Source: Macrostomum lignano | Lineage: Eukaryota | NCBI GenBank assembly: GCA_002269645.1 | Contig: NIVC01000215.1 | Location: forward strand, 372,001 to 436,000 | Reading direction: 5' to 3' | DNA length: 64,000 nucleotides | Part shown: positions 63,085-64,000 of the stretch, piece by piece | Layout: the number at the start of each line of letters is the position of its first letter | How positions within the stretch are numbered: the stretch's first letter is position 1 | Notes under the pieces: generated by a model | What the model was told of the DNA's origin: nothing | Databases searched by the model: none | Seen by the model: only the letters and a program-made list of their open reading frames with translations | Translations under genes and position numbers: made by a program

Positions 63085-63790
63085 TCTGTGTGCCTGTCTG
63101 TGTGTCCGGCTGTGTGTCTTCCTGTGTGTCTGCGTGTCTGGCTGTGTGTCCGGCTGTGTCTGTGTGTCTTCCTGTGTGTCTGTGTGTCTTCCTGTGCGTC
63201 TGTGTGCCTGTCTGTGTGTCCGGCTGTGTCTGTGTGTCTGTGTGTCTTCCTGTGTGTCCGTGTGTCCGACTGTGTGTCTGTGTGTCTTCCTGTGTGTCTG
63301 TGTGTCTTCCTGTGTGTCTGTGTGTCTGCCTGTGTGTCTGTGTGTTTGCCTGTGTGACTGTCTGTGTCTGGCTGTGTGTCTGTGTGTCTTCCTGTGTGTC
63401 TGTGTGTCTTCCTGTGTGTCTGTGTGTCTTCCTGTGTGTCTGTGTGTCTGACTGTGTGTCTGTGTGTCTGGCTGTGTGTCTGTGTGTCTTCCTGTGTGTC
63501 TGTGTGTCTGCCTGTGTGACTGTATGTGTGATTCTGTGTGCCTGTCTGTGGGTCTGCCTGTATGTCTGTGTGTCTGGCTGTGTGTCTGTGTGTCTTCCTG
63601 TGTGTCTGTGTGTCTGGCTGTGTTGTCTGTGTGTTTGCCTGTGTGACTGTCTGTGTCTTCCTGTGTGACTGTCTATGTGTGATTCTGTGTGCCTGAGTGT
63701 CTGGCTGTGTCTGTGCATCTGTGTGTCCTTTTGTCTGCCTGTCTGTGTCTGTATTTGTGCCTGTAATTGTGTCTCTGTGTCTGTGTACGT
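63085..63790 (+). repeat. TG/TC-rich low-complexity tract in PPIP5K intron 2; (GATT)n tract at 62270-62480 in intron 1
   Basis: Read directly. Confidence 0.9.
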
Positions 63791-64000
63791 GCCAAATCCG
63801 TTGGTCTATCTTTAGTATCTGTCTCTCTGTCGATCTGTACCAGCTTATTAAGGCAGCAATTTGGAGTTACGCTAATGCTAGCATTTCGCGTCTGGAAAAG
63901 TCTCGGCTATTGACGCAAAGCATATAGCATACATGGAGTGGTTTCCGGTTCTTTGCAACTATATAGGCATGTATCGACTTTGAATAACATCAGTTACTAC

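Overview
Eukaryotic (animal) genomic DNA with GC-rich exons and introns filled with 12-59 bp minisatellites. This style suggests a free-living flatworm such as Macrostomum, which is inference only. Contents in order: (1) the 5' part of a Ty3/gypsy gag-pol ORF on the minus strand, running off the left edge; (2) a 7-exon cytoplasmic intermediate filament gene (3930-16266, +); (3) a 5.9-kb APE-RT-RNase H non-LTR retrotransposon (LOA/Lian-like, 21041-26939, -) flanked by an unusually long ~3-kb direct duplication whose ends coincide with the element ends; (4) SNAPC3 (29813-36875, -), with a C-type lectin/PAN-like exon nested in intron 2; (5) SNAPC4 (38021-45199, -), lying 1.1 kb upstream of SNAPC3 on the same strand; (6) a tail-less casein kinase 1-like gene (-); (7) an uncharacterised four-repeat protein gene (+); (8) the first two exons of PPIP5K/VIP1 (+). 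Two tRNA-derived SINE families are also present. The top candidates for new biology are the tandem SNAPC4-SNAPC3 pair and the ~3-kb target-site-like duplication. The pair encodes two subunits of the snRNA/SL-RNA transcription factor in an operon-like layout, and SNAPC4 apparently lacks its own ATG, so it may use a spliced-leader AUG. The duplication leaves SNAPC3 intact even though the retrotransposon junction falls inside its last coding exon. All exon boundaries were read by eye from GT/AG sites and frame continuity; no database searches were run.
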